Part shown: positions 22,262 through 32,880 of the stretch, in pieces
How positions within the stretch are numbered: position 1 is the stretch's first letter
How the letters are laid out: each line of letters opens with the position of its first letter
Assembly (NCBI GenBank): GCA_963710375.1
Contig: CAVPZX010000003.1
Span: 374,084-438,083, forward strand
DNA: 64,000 nt
Direction: 5' to 3'
Source: Nitrospirota bacterium
Lineage (GTDB): Bacteria > Nitrospirota > Thermodesulfovibrionia > Thermodesulfovibrionales > Dissulfurispiraceae
Translations under genes and position numbers: made by a program
The notes under the pieces: model-generated
What the model was told of the DNA's origin: nothing
The model's database searches: none
The model's input: the letters and a program-made list of their open reading frames with translations, nothing else

Positions 22262-23115
22262 TGTCAATCCAATTAGACTCTCTTATAAGAGACAACATAA
22301 AGATATTCTCACCTCCGGAAGTATTTCTCCGCCTTAACAATGTGGTAAATAACCTGCGCAGTTCAGTAACTGACATAGGCAATATAATAAGCGAGGACCA
22401 GGGACTTACCGCGCGTATTCTCAAAATCGCAAACAGCACTTTATACGGCTTTCCTTCAAAGATCGAAACCATATCTCAAGCTGTATTAATCATTGGCGCG
22501 AAGCAAATAAGAGACCTTACGCTTGCGACTTCAGTAGTACGGATTTTTAAAGGGATACCTGAAGACCTTATAAACATGGAGACCTTCTGGCGACATTCAA
22601 TAGCCTGCGGTGTAATTGCCAGAATCATAGCCGGATACAGAAGAGAGCCGAATGTGGAGACTTTTTTTACAGGTGGAATACTGCATGACATAGGACGTCT
22701 CATCATGTACACAAAGATGCCTGATGAATGCCGGAAAATACTGTCCCAGGTAGGAAAACAGCCTCAATTACTCTTTAATGCAGAAAGGGAGTCACTTGGA
22801 TACGATCATACTGATGTCGGAGGCCTCCTTCTAAAGGAGTGGAAACTCCCGCAAACACTTACCGAAGCAATAGCATACCACCATAATCCGTACAAAGCGT
22901 CGCAGTATCCGGTTGAAGCTGCTGCCACCCATATTGCCGATATACTGGCTCACGCCATGCAACTCGGAAGTAGCGGAGAGAAATATGTTCCTCACATTTC
23001 TGAGGAAGCATGGGCAAAACTGTCATTTCAGACCTCAATGTTGCCGTTTCTGTTTAAACAAACGACACAGCATGTAGACATTGCAATGCAGATTATCCTG
23101 CCATCTGAGAAATGA
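22261..23115 (+). CDS. HDOD domain protein
   Basis: DQGLTARILKIANS..YG, FWRHS, GILHDIG, AIAYHH. Confidence 0.93.
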   Translation: MSIQLDSLIRDNIKIFSPPEVFLRLNNVVNNLRSSVTDIGNIISEDQGLTARILKIANSTLYGFPSKIETISQAVLIIGAKQIRDLTLATSVVRIFKGIPEDLINMETFWRHSIACGVIARIIAGYRREPNVETFFTGGILHDIGRLIMYTKMPDECRKILSQVGKQPQLLFNAERESLGYDHTDVGGLLLKEWKLPQTLTEAIAYHHNPYKASQYPVEAAATHIADILAHAMQLGSSGEKYVPHISEEAWAKLSFQTSMLPFLFKQTTQHVDIAMQIILPSEK

Positions 23116-24713
23116 AGAAACCTCCAAAAAAAGAGATCCAAATTCAGGCTCTGCAAGAACGTGTAGATCATATGGAGGGAGCTTATGCAAAGCTGCTCGA
23201 CTATGTGAGCGAACTCGCATCCAGCAGAGAATTCAATAAGGATATTGTTGTTACTACAGAACCATTGAATATTTTGGATGCCGGGTTGACATATATCAAG
23301 CGGCGACTTTTATTTGAAGAGCTGGCGTTTTATCTTATAGAAGAGAAAGACGCAAGCTTTTACATGGCACGCTGCGAACCTGAATCGAAAAGTGAAAAGT
23401 TGCGGGATGAAGTAAATCAATGCATAGAAGACGGCACCTTTGCATGGGCTCTCAGGCAGAACCATTCCATAGTTGTTCCATCAAAGGTCCCTGAACTTAA
23501 GCTTGTTTTGCATGTCCTGGCAACCCAAACCCGAGCTCGTGGAATGTTTGTAGGCACCATTAAAGATGAAAACCTTAAAATCAACGACCTGTCAGCTACA
23601 ATGTTGTCAGTAACAGTCCAGAACATTGCCTATGCGCTCGAAAACTCGATGCTTTATCAAATGTTTCGGAAAAGTAGTGAGATGCGTTTGAATTCAGCAG
23701 TGGAGAAACTGATAGAAAATGCGCACTTTCTTCAAACCCTTATTGACGCTATCCCTAACCCTATCTTTTACAAAGACATCCACGGCATTTACCAGGGCTG
23801 CAATACGGCTTTCGAGGCGCATCTCGGAATGCACAAGAGTAAGATAGTCGGCAAATCCGTCTATGACGTAGCTCCCCTGGAACTGGCTGACAGATATAAC
23901 GAAATGGATTTGGAGCTGTTCCGTAAAGGCGGTTTTCAGGTCTACGAGTCATCTGTTCGTTACGCCGACGGCACTATGCACGATGTTATCTTCAATAACG
24001 CAACTTTTACCAATGCAGACGGCAACATGGGCGGGTTGGTGGGGGTTATGCTTGACATCACCGAGCGCAAGGAGGCCGAGCGGAAGATGAAACAATCACT
24101 GAGAGAAAAAGAGACCCTTCTCAGGGAAATCCATCACCGTGTCAAGAACAACATGGCGGTCGTCTCAAGCTTACTTTATTTGCAGGCAAACAAAATAAAT
24201 GACAACACTGTGAGATCCCTTTTTGAAGAAAGCCAGCAGAGGGTCAAGGCAATGGCCCTTGTTCATGAAAAGCTCTATCAGACAAAGGACCTATCATCCA
24301 TTAATTTTAGAGACTACATCACATCAATAGTTTCGGAGATAGTCAGCCTATACCGGATAGATACCAGTGCAATCAGTATGGAGATCAATGTTGAGGACGT
24401 TGAGCTTGATCTTGAATCAGCCATACCGTGCGGTCTGATAATCAACGAACTCCTCACAAATGCCTTTAAATACGCCTTCCCGGACAATAGAGGGGGGGTA
24501 TTAAGCGTCCATTTGACAAAGACTGATGACACCTGCACACTGACAATCAAAGACAACGGCGTAGGACTACCGGAAGGTTTTGATTATAAAGAGGCAAGCA
24601 CTCTGGGCCTTCAGCTTGTCAATGTTTTAACAGGACAACTGGATGGAACCCTCCAAATCAAATTTGATAAAGGAACGGAAACAGTCGTTACATTTAAGGC
24701 CAAAAGGGAATAA
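23112..24713 (+). CDS. Cytoplasmic GAF-like/PAS sensor histidine kinase, HisKA_2 type
   Basis: EKETLLREIHHRVKNN, NELLTNAFKYAF, DNGVG, LGLQLV. Confidence 0.92.
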   Translation: MKKPPKKEIQIQALQERVDHMEGAYAKLLDYVSELASSREFNKDIVVTTEPLNILDAGLTYIKRRLLFEELAFYLIEEKDASFYMARCEPESKSEKLRDEVNQCIEDGTFAWALRQNHSIVVPSKVPELKLVLHVLATQTRARGMFVGTIKDENLKINDLSATMLSVTVQNIAYALENSMLYQMFRKSSEMRLNSAVEKLIENAHFLQTLIDAIPNPIFYKDIHGIYQGCNTAFEAHLGMHKSKIVGKSVYDVAPLELADRYNEMDLELFRKGGFQVYESSVRYADGTMHDVIFNNATFTNADGNMGGLVGVMLDITERKEAERKMKQSLREKETLLREIHHRVKNNMAVVSSLLYLQANKINDNTVRSLFEESQQRVKAMALVHEKLYQTKDLSSINFRDYITSIVSEIVSLYRIDTSAISMEINVEDVELDLESAIPCGLIINELLTNAFKYAFPDNRGGVLSVHLTKTDDTCTLTIKDNGVGLPEGFDYKEASTLGLQLVNVLTGQLDGTLQIKFDKGTETVVTFKAKRE

Positions 24714-24715
24714 CC

Positions 24716-25105
24716 ATGGAAGACAACAAAAAAATAGTTGTTGTCGAAGATGAAGCAATACTTGCGTTGCAGGTAAAGGATGCACTTTTGCAGATGGGTC
24801 ATTCGATCACCGGTATATATACCTCAGGTGTGAAAGCGCTTGAAGGTATAGAAACTACCCGACCTGATCTGGTACTGATGGACATAAAGCTTAAGGGAAA
24901 AATGGATGGGATAGAGACGGCTGACCGCATAAAAAAACAGTATGACATACCGATAATATTCATGACCGCACACTCCGAGAAGGACATGGTTGAAAGGGCG
25001 AGGACGACAGGGGCCTATGGATATTTGCTGAAGCCGGTCAACCCGAGAGAACTCCAGACAGCCATCGACGTAGCCATGTGCAAGTCCAAAATAGACAAGG
25101 AATAG
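24716..25105 (+). CDS. Single-domain response regulator
   Basis: VVVEDE, LVLMDI, FMTAH, YLLKP. Confidence 0.93.
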   Translation: MEDNKKIVVVEDEAILALQVKDALLQMGHSITGIYTSGVKALEGIETTRPDLVLMDIKLKGKMDGIETADRIKKQYDIPIIFMTAHSEKDMVERARTTGAYGYLLKPVNPRELQTAIDVAMCKSKIDKE

Positions 25106-25113
25106 GGAGTGTG

Positions 25114-25620
25114 TCAGACCTGCTTTTTTTGTATTTCCTGTATCAGATACTTTGCCGCAATCCCGTTAAATGCTCCTGTCACTGTTCCTGCCACAGCTAA
25201 AAAGGGGAACACAACCAGGATTGCCTCGATTTTCCTTACAAAAAGCAGATAGGCCGTAAGTAGCTGCGCTATATTATGAAAAAAAGCGCCGATCAGACTA
25301 ATTCCTAACGGTCCGAAAAGACCGGGGAAAAGAGTCATCACAATACACATTGAAAGGGTGCCTGCCAGTCCACCGCTAAGACTGAGGAAAAAACCAGGTC
25401 CTAAAAAAGTGCCCAGAAGCAATGAGCCAAGGACAATCCTGATCATGGTAACGGTCAATGCCGGTTTGATTCCATAAAAAAAAAGTGTGATCACGGTAAT
25501 TATATTTGAAAGCCCCAGACGCAACCAGGGTATCGGCGTAGGAATGAGCGCCTCAAAGCCATGCAGGGCAAGGGCGTATGATGCCAGTATGGCGATACGG
25601 TACTTATCCGCTGATTGCAT
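25114..25620 (-). CDS. Gx transporter / 'heptaprenyl diphosphate synthase component I' family membrane protein
   Basis: EALIPTPIPWLRLGLSN, SLSGG, GISLIGAFFHNIAQL. Confidence 0.85.
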   Translation of the reverse strand: MQSADKYRIAILASYALALHGFEALIPTPIPWLRLGLSNIITVITLFFYGIKPALTVTMIRIVLGSLLLGTFLGPGFFLSLSGGLAGTLSMCIVMTLFPGLFGPLGISLIGAFFHNIAQLLTAYLLFVRKIEAILVVFPFLAVAGTVTGAFNGIAAKYLIQEIQKKQV

Positions 25621-25978
25621 CAGGGCCTTTGCTATGGTCGGGGCGCGAAATGGTGACAACGACTTTATTGGGAAGGCATATAATAGCCCCGTTTTCTATC
25701 CAGCCCTCATGGATGCAGACTTTGTTGGGGCAAGGAGCTTCTGTCATCCTGACCTTTCCGCCCTTTATTTCAACCGTGGCCATTCCGATCACCCCGCTGA
25801 ATTCGACTGTTCTGTCCTCGTTGAGCGGAAATGTATACTTCAGCTTGCCGTCCACCTCTATCCTGACTTCAGTTCCTTTCGGCATTGCCTCTTTTACATA
25901 AGCAAAACTATAAAGAGAGAGAAAAATACATATTAAGAGCAGGACCTTATCGGCCAGTGTAGTTTTAATAATGCTCAT
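25604..25978 (-). CDS. NusG domain II (DUF1312) membrane-anchored protein
   Basis: N-terminal TM; EAPCPNKVCIHEGWI...IICLPNKVVV. Confidence 0.88.
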   Translation of the reverse strand: MSIIKTTLADKVLLLICIFLSLYSFAYVKEAMPKGTEVRIEVDGKLKYTFPLNEDRTVEFSGVIGMATVEIKGGKVRMTEAPCPNKVCIHEGWIENGAIICLPNKVVVTISRPDHSKGPDAISG

Positions 25979-28506
25979 TTCATCCTCTGGGCCAAATACC
26001 TTCCGGTATGCGAATTCACATTGCGTGCAACTTCCTCCGGAGTGCCGGCGGCTATGATTCTACCGCCTTCATTGCCGCCTTCTGGACCGAGGTCGATTAC
26101 ATAGTCAGCAGACTTTACGATATCGATGTCGTGCTCAATGATAATTACGCTGTTGCCCATGTCGACCAACCTGTTTATTACATTCAGCAGACGCTGCACA
26201 TCGACGAAGTGAAGCCCTGTTGTAGGTTCATCGAGAATATACAGAGTATTTCCGGTGGCCTTTTTCCCAAGCTCTTTTGAGAGCCTTAAACGCTGGGATT
26301 CTCCTCCAGAGAGAGTGGTGGCTGGCTGACCAAGTTTTAAGTATCCCATCCCGATATCTTCGAGGATGTCGAGGCGCTGTTTTAATGGAGGGATTGACGC
26401 AAAGAATTCAAGCGCCTCAGAAATAGTCATTTCAAGGAAGTCGGCAATATTTTTACCCTTGTAATAGACATCAAGAGTTTCTTTATTATACCGCTTGCCT
26501 TTGCATGAATCACAGGTGACGTAGACATCCGGGAGGAAGTGCATTTCGATTTTCTTCAGACCATCGCCCTGGCAGGTTTCACAGCGGCCGCCCGCAAGAT
26601 TAAAACTGAAACGAGATACCTTGTACCCCCTTACCCTGGAATCCGCAAGCTGCGCAAAAAGGTCCCGAATGAACGTAAATATTCCTGTGTACGTTGCGGG
26701 ATTTGAGCGTGGAGTCCTCCCCAGCGGCGACTGATCTACACAAATAACTTTGTCGATTTTTTCGAGTCCTTCAATACGCCTGTATTTTCCCGGGGTGACC
26801 TTGCTCTTATACAAGTGCCTGGCAAGCGACTTGTATAAGACTTCGAATATCAAGGTGCTCTTGCCGGAACCCGACACACCTGTTACACAGACAAAAGAGC
26901 TGAGGGGAATGGAAACATTTATATCTCTGAGGTTGAATTCAGATGCCCCTTGAATAATCAGAAAATCTTTTGGTATCCGGCGTTTAGTCGGCAGCGGAAT
27001 AGAGAGCTTTTTGCTCAAATATTTCCCGGTGATGGACGACTCGGTATTTTGAATTTCTTCAGGAGAACCAGCGGCAATAATCCAGCCGCCATTCTTGCCT
27101 GCACCGGGCCCCATATCGATAATATAGTCAGCCCATCGGATTGTTTCCTCATCATGCTCTACGATTATGACTGTATTGCCGCTGTCACGTATTGCCGCAA
27201 GGTTATTAAGCAGTTTGCCGCAGTCCTTCGGATGCAGTCCTATGCTTGGTTCGTCGAGAACATACAGAACACCGGTGAAAGATGAGCCCAATTGTGTTGC
27301 AAGCCTTATCCTCTGTGCCTCTCCTCCTGAGAGGGTGAGAGAAGGTCTGTTCAGCGTCAGATAGCCAAGGCCAACTTTATCAAGAAAGGAAAGCCTGTCA
27401 CTGACCTCTTTCAGCACTCTTTTAGAAATTGTCCTTTCTCTTTCCGAGAGATTGAGGCTGTCCACATATGTTTTTGCATCCTCAACCGACATTGCCGAGA
27501 ATTCGCCGATGTTTATATTGCCTATCTTCACAGAAAGGGCTTCTTTTCTAAGCCGCATGCCTGCGCAGGCCTTGCAAGTCGGCAAATGGATCAGTTCCCG
27601 TTCGTAAATATCATCGGGGTACTCCCCATCGTCAATGCCTTCGAACCCCATGCCGTTGCATTTAGGACAGGCCCCATACTTGCTGTTGAACGAAAACAGG
27701 CGAGGCTCTATTTCAGGATAGCTGATACCGCAGTTTGGGCATGCAAGGGTTTTGCTGAATGGGATGTCCCTGTTTTCATCAACCAGATTTATCACCACAG
27801 TATCGGCATATTTCAGAGAGGTGTCAATGGCGTGCTTGATCTGCCGCTCTATGCCCGGCTTTATGATAAAGCGGTCGATGACAATCTCGATAGTGTGCAG
27901 TTTCTGTTTTTTTAGTGCAATGTCCTGGGTAAGCTCCACCATCTTTTCGTCTATTCGCGCCCTCACAAAGCCGTCTGTTCTCATCTGCTGGAGTTCCTTT
28001 TTATATTCTCCCTTTCTGCCCCTTACCAGCGGGGCCAGCACCTGGATTCTCGTGCCCTCCGGAAGCGAACAGACAGGCACAATGATATTGTTGATATCCT
28101 GTGTTGCTATAACTGCACCACACCGGTAACAATACGGGACGCCGATGCGGGTATAGAGTACTCTCATGTAGTCATAGGTTTCCGTGATGGTCCCAACAGT
28201 CAACCTGGGGCTCTTGGTTACAGTCTTCTGGTCAATGGCAATAGAAGGCGAGAGTCCGTCAATGTAATCCAGTTCCGGTTTTTGCATCTGTTCAAGGAAC
28301 TGCCGGGCATAGGCTGAAAGGCTCTCGACATAACGCCTCTGTCCTTCGGCATAAATAGTATCCATAGCGAGCGACGATTTTCCAGAACCGGAAGGTCCTG
28401 TAATAACAGTTATCTTGTCCCGTGGAATTGCGACATTGATATTTTTGAGGTTGTGCTCGCGAGCACCCCTTACCACAATGTATTTCCGTAAGCCTTCGTT
28501 TCCCAT
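25975..28506 (-). CDS. uvrA: Excinuclease ABC subunit A (843 aa, short form)
   Basis: GAREHNLKN, GSGKSSLA, LSGGEAQRIRLA, GVSGSGKS, RTPRSNP, DEPTTGLH. Confidence 0.97.
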   Translation of the reverse strand: MGNEGLRKYIVVRGAREHNLKNINVAIPRDKITVITGPSGSGKSSLAMDTIYAEGQRRYVESLSAYARQFLEQMQKPELDYIDGLSPSIAIDQKTVTKSPRLTVGTITETYDYMRVLYTRIGVPYCYRCGAVIATQDINNIIVPVCSLPEGTRIQVLAPLVRGRKGEYKKELQQMRTDGFVRARIDEKMVELTQDIALKKQKLHTIEIVIDRFIIKPGIERQIKHAIDTSLKYADTVVINLVDENRDIPFSKTLACPNCGISYPEIEPRLFSFNSKYGACPKCNGMGFEGIDDGEYPDDIYERELIHLPTCKACAGMRLRKEALSVKIGNINIGEFSAMSVEDAKTYVDSLNLSERERTISKRVLKEVSDRLSFLDKVGLGYLTLNRPSLTLSGGEAQRIRLATQLGSSFTGVLYVLDEPSIGLHPKDCGKLLNNLAAIRDSGNTVIIVEHDEETIRWADYIIDMGPGAGKNGGWIIAAGSPEEIQNTESSITGKYLSKKLSIPLPTKRRIPKDFLIIQGASEFNLRDINVSIPLSSFVCVTGVSGSGKSTLIFEVLYKSLARHLYKSKVTPGKYRRIEGLEKIDKVICVDQSPLGRTPRSNPATYTGIFTFIRDLFAQLADSRVRGYKVSRFSFNLAGGRCETCQGDGLKKIEMHFLPDVYVTCDSCKGKRYNKETLDVYYKGKNIADFLEMTISEALEFFASIPPLKQRLDILEDIGMGYLKLGQPATTLSGGESQRLRLSKELGKKATGNTLYILDEPTTGLHFVDVQRLLNVINRLVDMGNSVIIIEHDIDIVKSADYVIDLGPEGGNEGGRIIAAGTPEEVARNVNSHTGRYLAQRMK

Positions 28507-28535
28507 TTATTCGCAGTCTCTTACTATAACCCCTT

Positions 28536-29642
28536 TTAGTTCCCCGTTTCCAGCGATTTTAAAATAGCAACTACTTTCCCTATTGGGGCCTTTGTCTCGA
28601 CTTTTACAGGTGTTTTGTTGTCATCATCTGTCAGCCAGATCATGATATCCCCCTTGTTCTGGAACAAACCTTCTGATTTAATGACAGGCTTCACCTTGAC
28701 AGTATCAATTATCTTGGTTTCAGAGAACCGGACCTGTTCTTTTCCGATTACGTTGACTTCAGCCTGGAAAAATTTATTACTGTCAAAGATATTAATATTG
28801 ATGGTTTTACCCACCTCAAAAGGCTGCGTTCTAAGATAATAAAAACCGGAGATCAAATCCCACAATTCACCGCCCTGAATCGGATAGTCGTCCTTTGTTC
28901 CTTTTATGTAATTAAAAAAGGTGACAAGTTTTTTATCAGTATCAAAAATGGTTTCCTTGTCACTCCTGTATTTCCCTTCCTTCTGTTTGATCCTGAAATG
29001 CACGGGTACTCCATTGGCAACCATGCTTTCGGAGTGATCATCGACCCTGTAAAACGCCGAAATAACCGGGGTAGAATGCACCTGGCATTTTATTATCACC
29101 ATCCCTGAACTGCCCACAGCTTCGAGTTCTGCATTTCCGACATGGATACCTAACCAATAAAGGCTGTACGAAAGTTTTTCCCCTGAGAATTTTAGCAGAA
29201 CCGTACTCCCGGTACCGCCTTCAGTCTTGATAGCCGGCGGCGTTATTTGAGGCGAGACAGGTACGGCAGCGGCAGTTTCTGTCGCACCCTGAGTCCCCGA
29301 ATCGAGTGTATCTTTTTGTGGGATGGAAGGGACCTCAGCCAGAGCGGGTTCCTCGAGCTTCGGCGGTTCGGTAACTTCAGGGCCGGGTTCATCACTTTCC
29401 ACAACTACTTTGCTTTGCATGATATTATGTTGCCGGGTCTTGATCTTCGGGGCGATGAGCGGTCTTGAAGTATTTTCAGATGGTTCGGATATCAGCGTCG
29501 CAGTCATAGGTTTATCAGAAAGGTCACTGACAAAAACAAACAATCCCAGCCGATAGGCTCCCGCAATAAAAATGAAATGCAAGATGACGGATAGTACCAA
29601 TGGGACGATAACAGGAGTGAAAATTTTTTTCAATAATGCCAC
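28536..29642 (-). CDS. DUF3108-like protein with N-terminal TM and Pro-rich linker
   Basis: GEKLSY..YWLGIHVGNA, FYRVDD, YYLR, IWLTDD..KTPVK. Confidence 0.75.
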   Translation of the reverse strand: MALLKKIFTPVIVPLVLSVILHFIFIAGAYRLGLFVFVSDLSDKPMTATLISEPSENTSRPLIAPKIKTRQHNIMQSKVVVESDEPGPEVTEPPKLEEPALAEVPSIPQKDTLDSGTQGATETAAAVPVSPQITPPAIKTEGGTGSTVLLKFSGEKLSYSLYWLGIHVGNAELEAVGSSGMVIIKCQVHSTPVISAFYRVDDHSESMVANGVPVHFRIKQKEGKYRSDKETIFDTDKKLVTFFNYIKGTKDDYPIQGGELWDLISGFYYLRTQPFEVGKTININIFDSNKFFQAEVNVIGKEQVRFSETKIIDTVKVKPVIKSEGLFQNKGDIMIWLTDDDNKTPVKVETKAPIGKVVAILKSLETGN

Positions 29643-29761
29643 CTAATTATTTTATATGATAAAAGAGCCTTTTGTGCAACAAAAACCGTTAACCCGAAAA
29701 AAGCATTTATGGGAGCGACTTCCTTAAGCGGATAGGATAGGGTAGGGTAGTAGAGTCCTGT

Positions 29762-31340
29762 TCAGTCCGATTGTTTCTGTCTGATTGCCATGACCGTCTG
29801 ATCGCGCAACATTTTTAGGTAGTTTAAATGCTCAGCTGAGACTTTCTGAAAGCCTTCCTTGTCCCCTTCCACATAAATCAACCCTACAGGTTTATTATTT
29901 ATTATAATAGGCAAAAGGACAATAAAGGTTTTTTTTAATACCCTGTTTTTGAACCACTCCGGCAGCAGCTTTCTGACAGCGGCAGGCTCGAGGTCCTTGA
30001 TGACAAGATCATGCTGCTTCGCTACCGCTATGTTAAAGATGTCGTTCGAATCGCCAATTGGAATAGTAAACCACTTTTTCATTTCCTGAATCCCGCTCCC
30101 GATTCCGAACTTGATGCTCATGCTGGCAAATTTTGTATCCTTTATCAGGAAGAGGACTTTTCCGTCCCCTGACAGACTGCATGCCTCTGTAAATAGTTTC
30201 CAGCACAATCCTTATTATATCGTTCAGCGAGAAACTGCTCAATAATGAACAAGTGACATCGTGCAAGCCGTTTGAGAATATGCTCTCGGGGGTATCTTCT
30301 TTTTCAGATCCGGCAATAACATCAATCGACTTTAGTTGTTCAGATGTAAAGTCCGCGTGTAGAGGTCCTGCAACCGTTGCTGACGGTTCGACCACCTTAT
30401 CCGACCAGGTCATCAACTGCCTGTTAAAAGGAACACTATCCAGGTTGATATGAAAAATAGTCGAAAACTGATTCAGCTCTTCAAGACTTTCATTAATAAC
30501 ACCGGTTATCACCTTGCGGTTCAGCCCGGAGAAAGTAGTCTTGAACATGTCGGCAAGTTTGCCAAGCCTCTCATCCATCTCCTTCTTTTCCGAACTGCTC
30601 GATAGTATGTTCGATATTTCATTGGAAAGGGAAGCAATGCTAATGAGCTGATTGATCTCATCGGACGAGTCTTTGACTTCCGTTCTGCTGAGTTTGTGCA
30701 TGCTGCGAACGATCTTGGTCGGGAAATTCCATCCCTTGGCTATTGCCATGCCTATCTCCTCATATCTCCCGCCGAGGACCGAAAGGGCAGCCGCATCTTC
30801 TGAAATACCTCTTTGACGGCTTACAGATTTTATCTCCTTTATTGTTTCAGGCAAGGCAAAGGATATCAGCATCTTCCCAAAATTGTGGAGCAGCGAACAG
30901 ATAAACGCCTCTTCCTTGTTCTCAAAAGATACCTCGCCGCATAACTTCTGGGCCAGGAATCCGCTGTAAAAAGATTTGATCATAGTATCCAGATGCTCGA
31001 GATTTGAATCGCCCTCACGGAAATGACCAAAAAGCATTAACGTAAGGCAAAGATTCTTGATGTTTTCAAATCCAAGCAGATTGACCGCACGGGAAATAGT
31101 AGTAACTTCCCCGAACTGGGAATAACTGACGCTGTTGACAACTTTTATGATCTTTGACGTCAATGCATAATCCCTCAAAACAATATTGGCTAATTCAGTA
31201 ACAGAGGCGTCTTCGGCAGCCTTCAACTGATTAATCATGTTCATGGTATTAGACATGGCAGGAAAGTCACCGTTTTCCTGCAAGCGTCCTAAAATAACAT
31301 CTTTAACACTTTGTTGCGCCCCACGCATGACGAACTGCAT
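29762..31340 (-). CDS. HDOD + C-terminal GAF-like protein split by an extra base at 30176 (about 525 aa if corrected)
   Basis: DFPAM, DYALTSKIIKVVNS, GWNFP; IYRGMQ|LSGDGKVLFLIKD joins two ORFs when one base is removed. Confidence 0.8.
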
Positions 31341-31485
31341 ATCCTCCTAAAACAAATCATAGTGTAACAAAAATACAACAAAAACTAAAGGCTACAGCTG
31401 ACAGCCCACACAGGGGTATATATTTAAAGGAATACAGAAAGTGAAAGCTGTTTTGAGGGAATCCGTCGCGCTTAAGTACCAGGCA

Positions 31486-32865
31486 TTAAGATTCATCCTC
31501 ACCTTTTTCCAGGTTATATTTTTTAAGTTTTCTCCATAGAGATACCCTGTCTATGCCGAGTATCTGCGCTGCGAGTGTCTTGTTGTCTCCGACCTCTCCG
31601 AGCACCCACTGGATATAGGTCAACTCCTGGTCCTCGAGAGAGGGTATTGTACCCCGCTTTTTCCTGAATGTCTTAATGCTTAGCTCCCTGAGGTCCTCCG
31701 GCAGGTGGGCAACCTCTATTGACGCACCATTGGAAAGCGCCACGCCACGCTCGATAATGTTTTCAAGCTCCCTGACATTGCCCGGGAAATCGTAATTCAT
31801 TAACAGCGCAATAACGTCCGGCGCAATCTCCCTGACAGGCTTCTTCATCAGGGTCGCGTACTTGTTAAGGAAATAGTAACTCAAGATGTGGATATCTTCT
31901 TTTCTCTCGGAAAGTGGAGGAAGGTACAATGAAACGACGTTGAGTCTGAAATAAAGGTCCTGTCTGAAGTTGCCGCTTTTAATGGCATCGGAGATGTCCC
32001 GGTTTGTGGCTGCAATGAATCTGACGTCAACTTTTACAGGCGCCGTTGCACCGAGACGAAGCACCTCCTTCTCCTGGATTACCCTGAGAAGTTTTACCTG
32101 CATAGAAGCCGGCATCTCGGTGATCTCGTCCAGGAAAAGCGTACCCTCCGAAGCCATTTCGGTCAGTCCTTTTTTCATGGTCATCGCTCCGGTAAAAGCG
32201 CCTTTTTCATGGCCGAAGAGTTCGTTTGAGAGCAGCTCCTCGGTAAATGCGCCACAGTTAATAGCGAAGAAGGGGCCATTGGAGCGGGCGCTGTTATTGT
32301 GTATGAATTTGGCAAGAATCTCCTTGCCTGTACCGCTCTCCCCGCTGATGAGGATGTTACAGTCAGTAGGTGCTATCTGTCGTGCTGTATCGAGAAGCCG
32401 CTGCATGGACGGGTCCTGAGTAATGATCTTGACTTTGCCTTCATAGGTTTCGATCTGCTCCCTGAGCTGGATATTCTCCCGCTTCAGACGGACTTTTTCG
32501 AGGGCCTCTTTCACGACCAGCCGCACCTCGTCCAGTTTGAATGGTTTGGCTACGTAATAAAACGCCCCCAGTTTAATTGTGTCGACAGCGGACTTCAAGG
32601 TTGCATATCCGGTGATCATGATGACCTCGGTGTCGGAATGAAGTTCCCTGCAGCGTTTCAGTATCTCCAGACCGTCAACTTTTTCCATTTTCAAATCCGT
32701 GAGCACCACATCGAAATGTTCTTCGTATAGGAGTTTGAGGGCGTTTTGTCCGCTTTGTGTGCCGGTGACGTTGTACCCCTCTTTTTTCATGACATGTTCA
32801 AGATTGTTAAGCGCCACTTTTTCATCATCGACAATTAATATTCTTGCGTTATTCGGCATTGTCAT
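31486..32865 (-). CDS. Sigma-54-dependent response regulator (REC-AAA-HTH, NtrC family)
   Basis: GESGTGKE, ELFGHEKGAFTGA, LFLDEI, FRQDLYFRLNV, PGNVRELEN, Fis-type HTH. Confidence 0.96.
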   Translation of the reverse strand: MTMPNNARILIVDDEKVALNNLEHVMKKEGYNVTGTQSGQNALKLLYEEHFDVVLTDLKMEKVDGLEILKRCRELHSDTEVIMITGYATLKSAVDTIKLGAFYYVAKPFKLDEVRLVVKEALEKVRLKRENIQLREQIETYEGKVKIITQDPSMQRLLDTARQIAPTDCNILISGESGTGKEILAKFIHNNSARSNGPFFAINCGAFTEELLSNELFGHEKGAFTGAMTMKKGLTEMASEGTLFLDEITEMPASMQVKLLRVIQEKEVLRLGATAPVKVDVRFIAATNRDISDAIKSGNFRQDLYFRLNVVSLYLPPLSERKEDIHILSYYFLNKYATLMKKPVREIAPDVIALLMNYDFPGNVRELENIIERGVALSNGASIEVAHLPEDLRELSIKTFRKKRGTIPSLEDQELTYIQWVLGEVGDNKTLAAQILGIDRVSLWRKLKKYNLEKGEDES

Positions 32866-32880
32866 TACTCTCCTCTTTGA

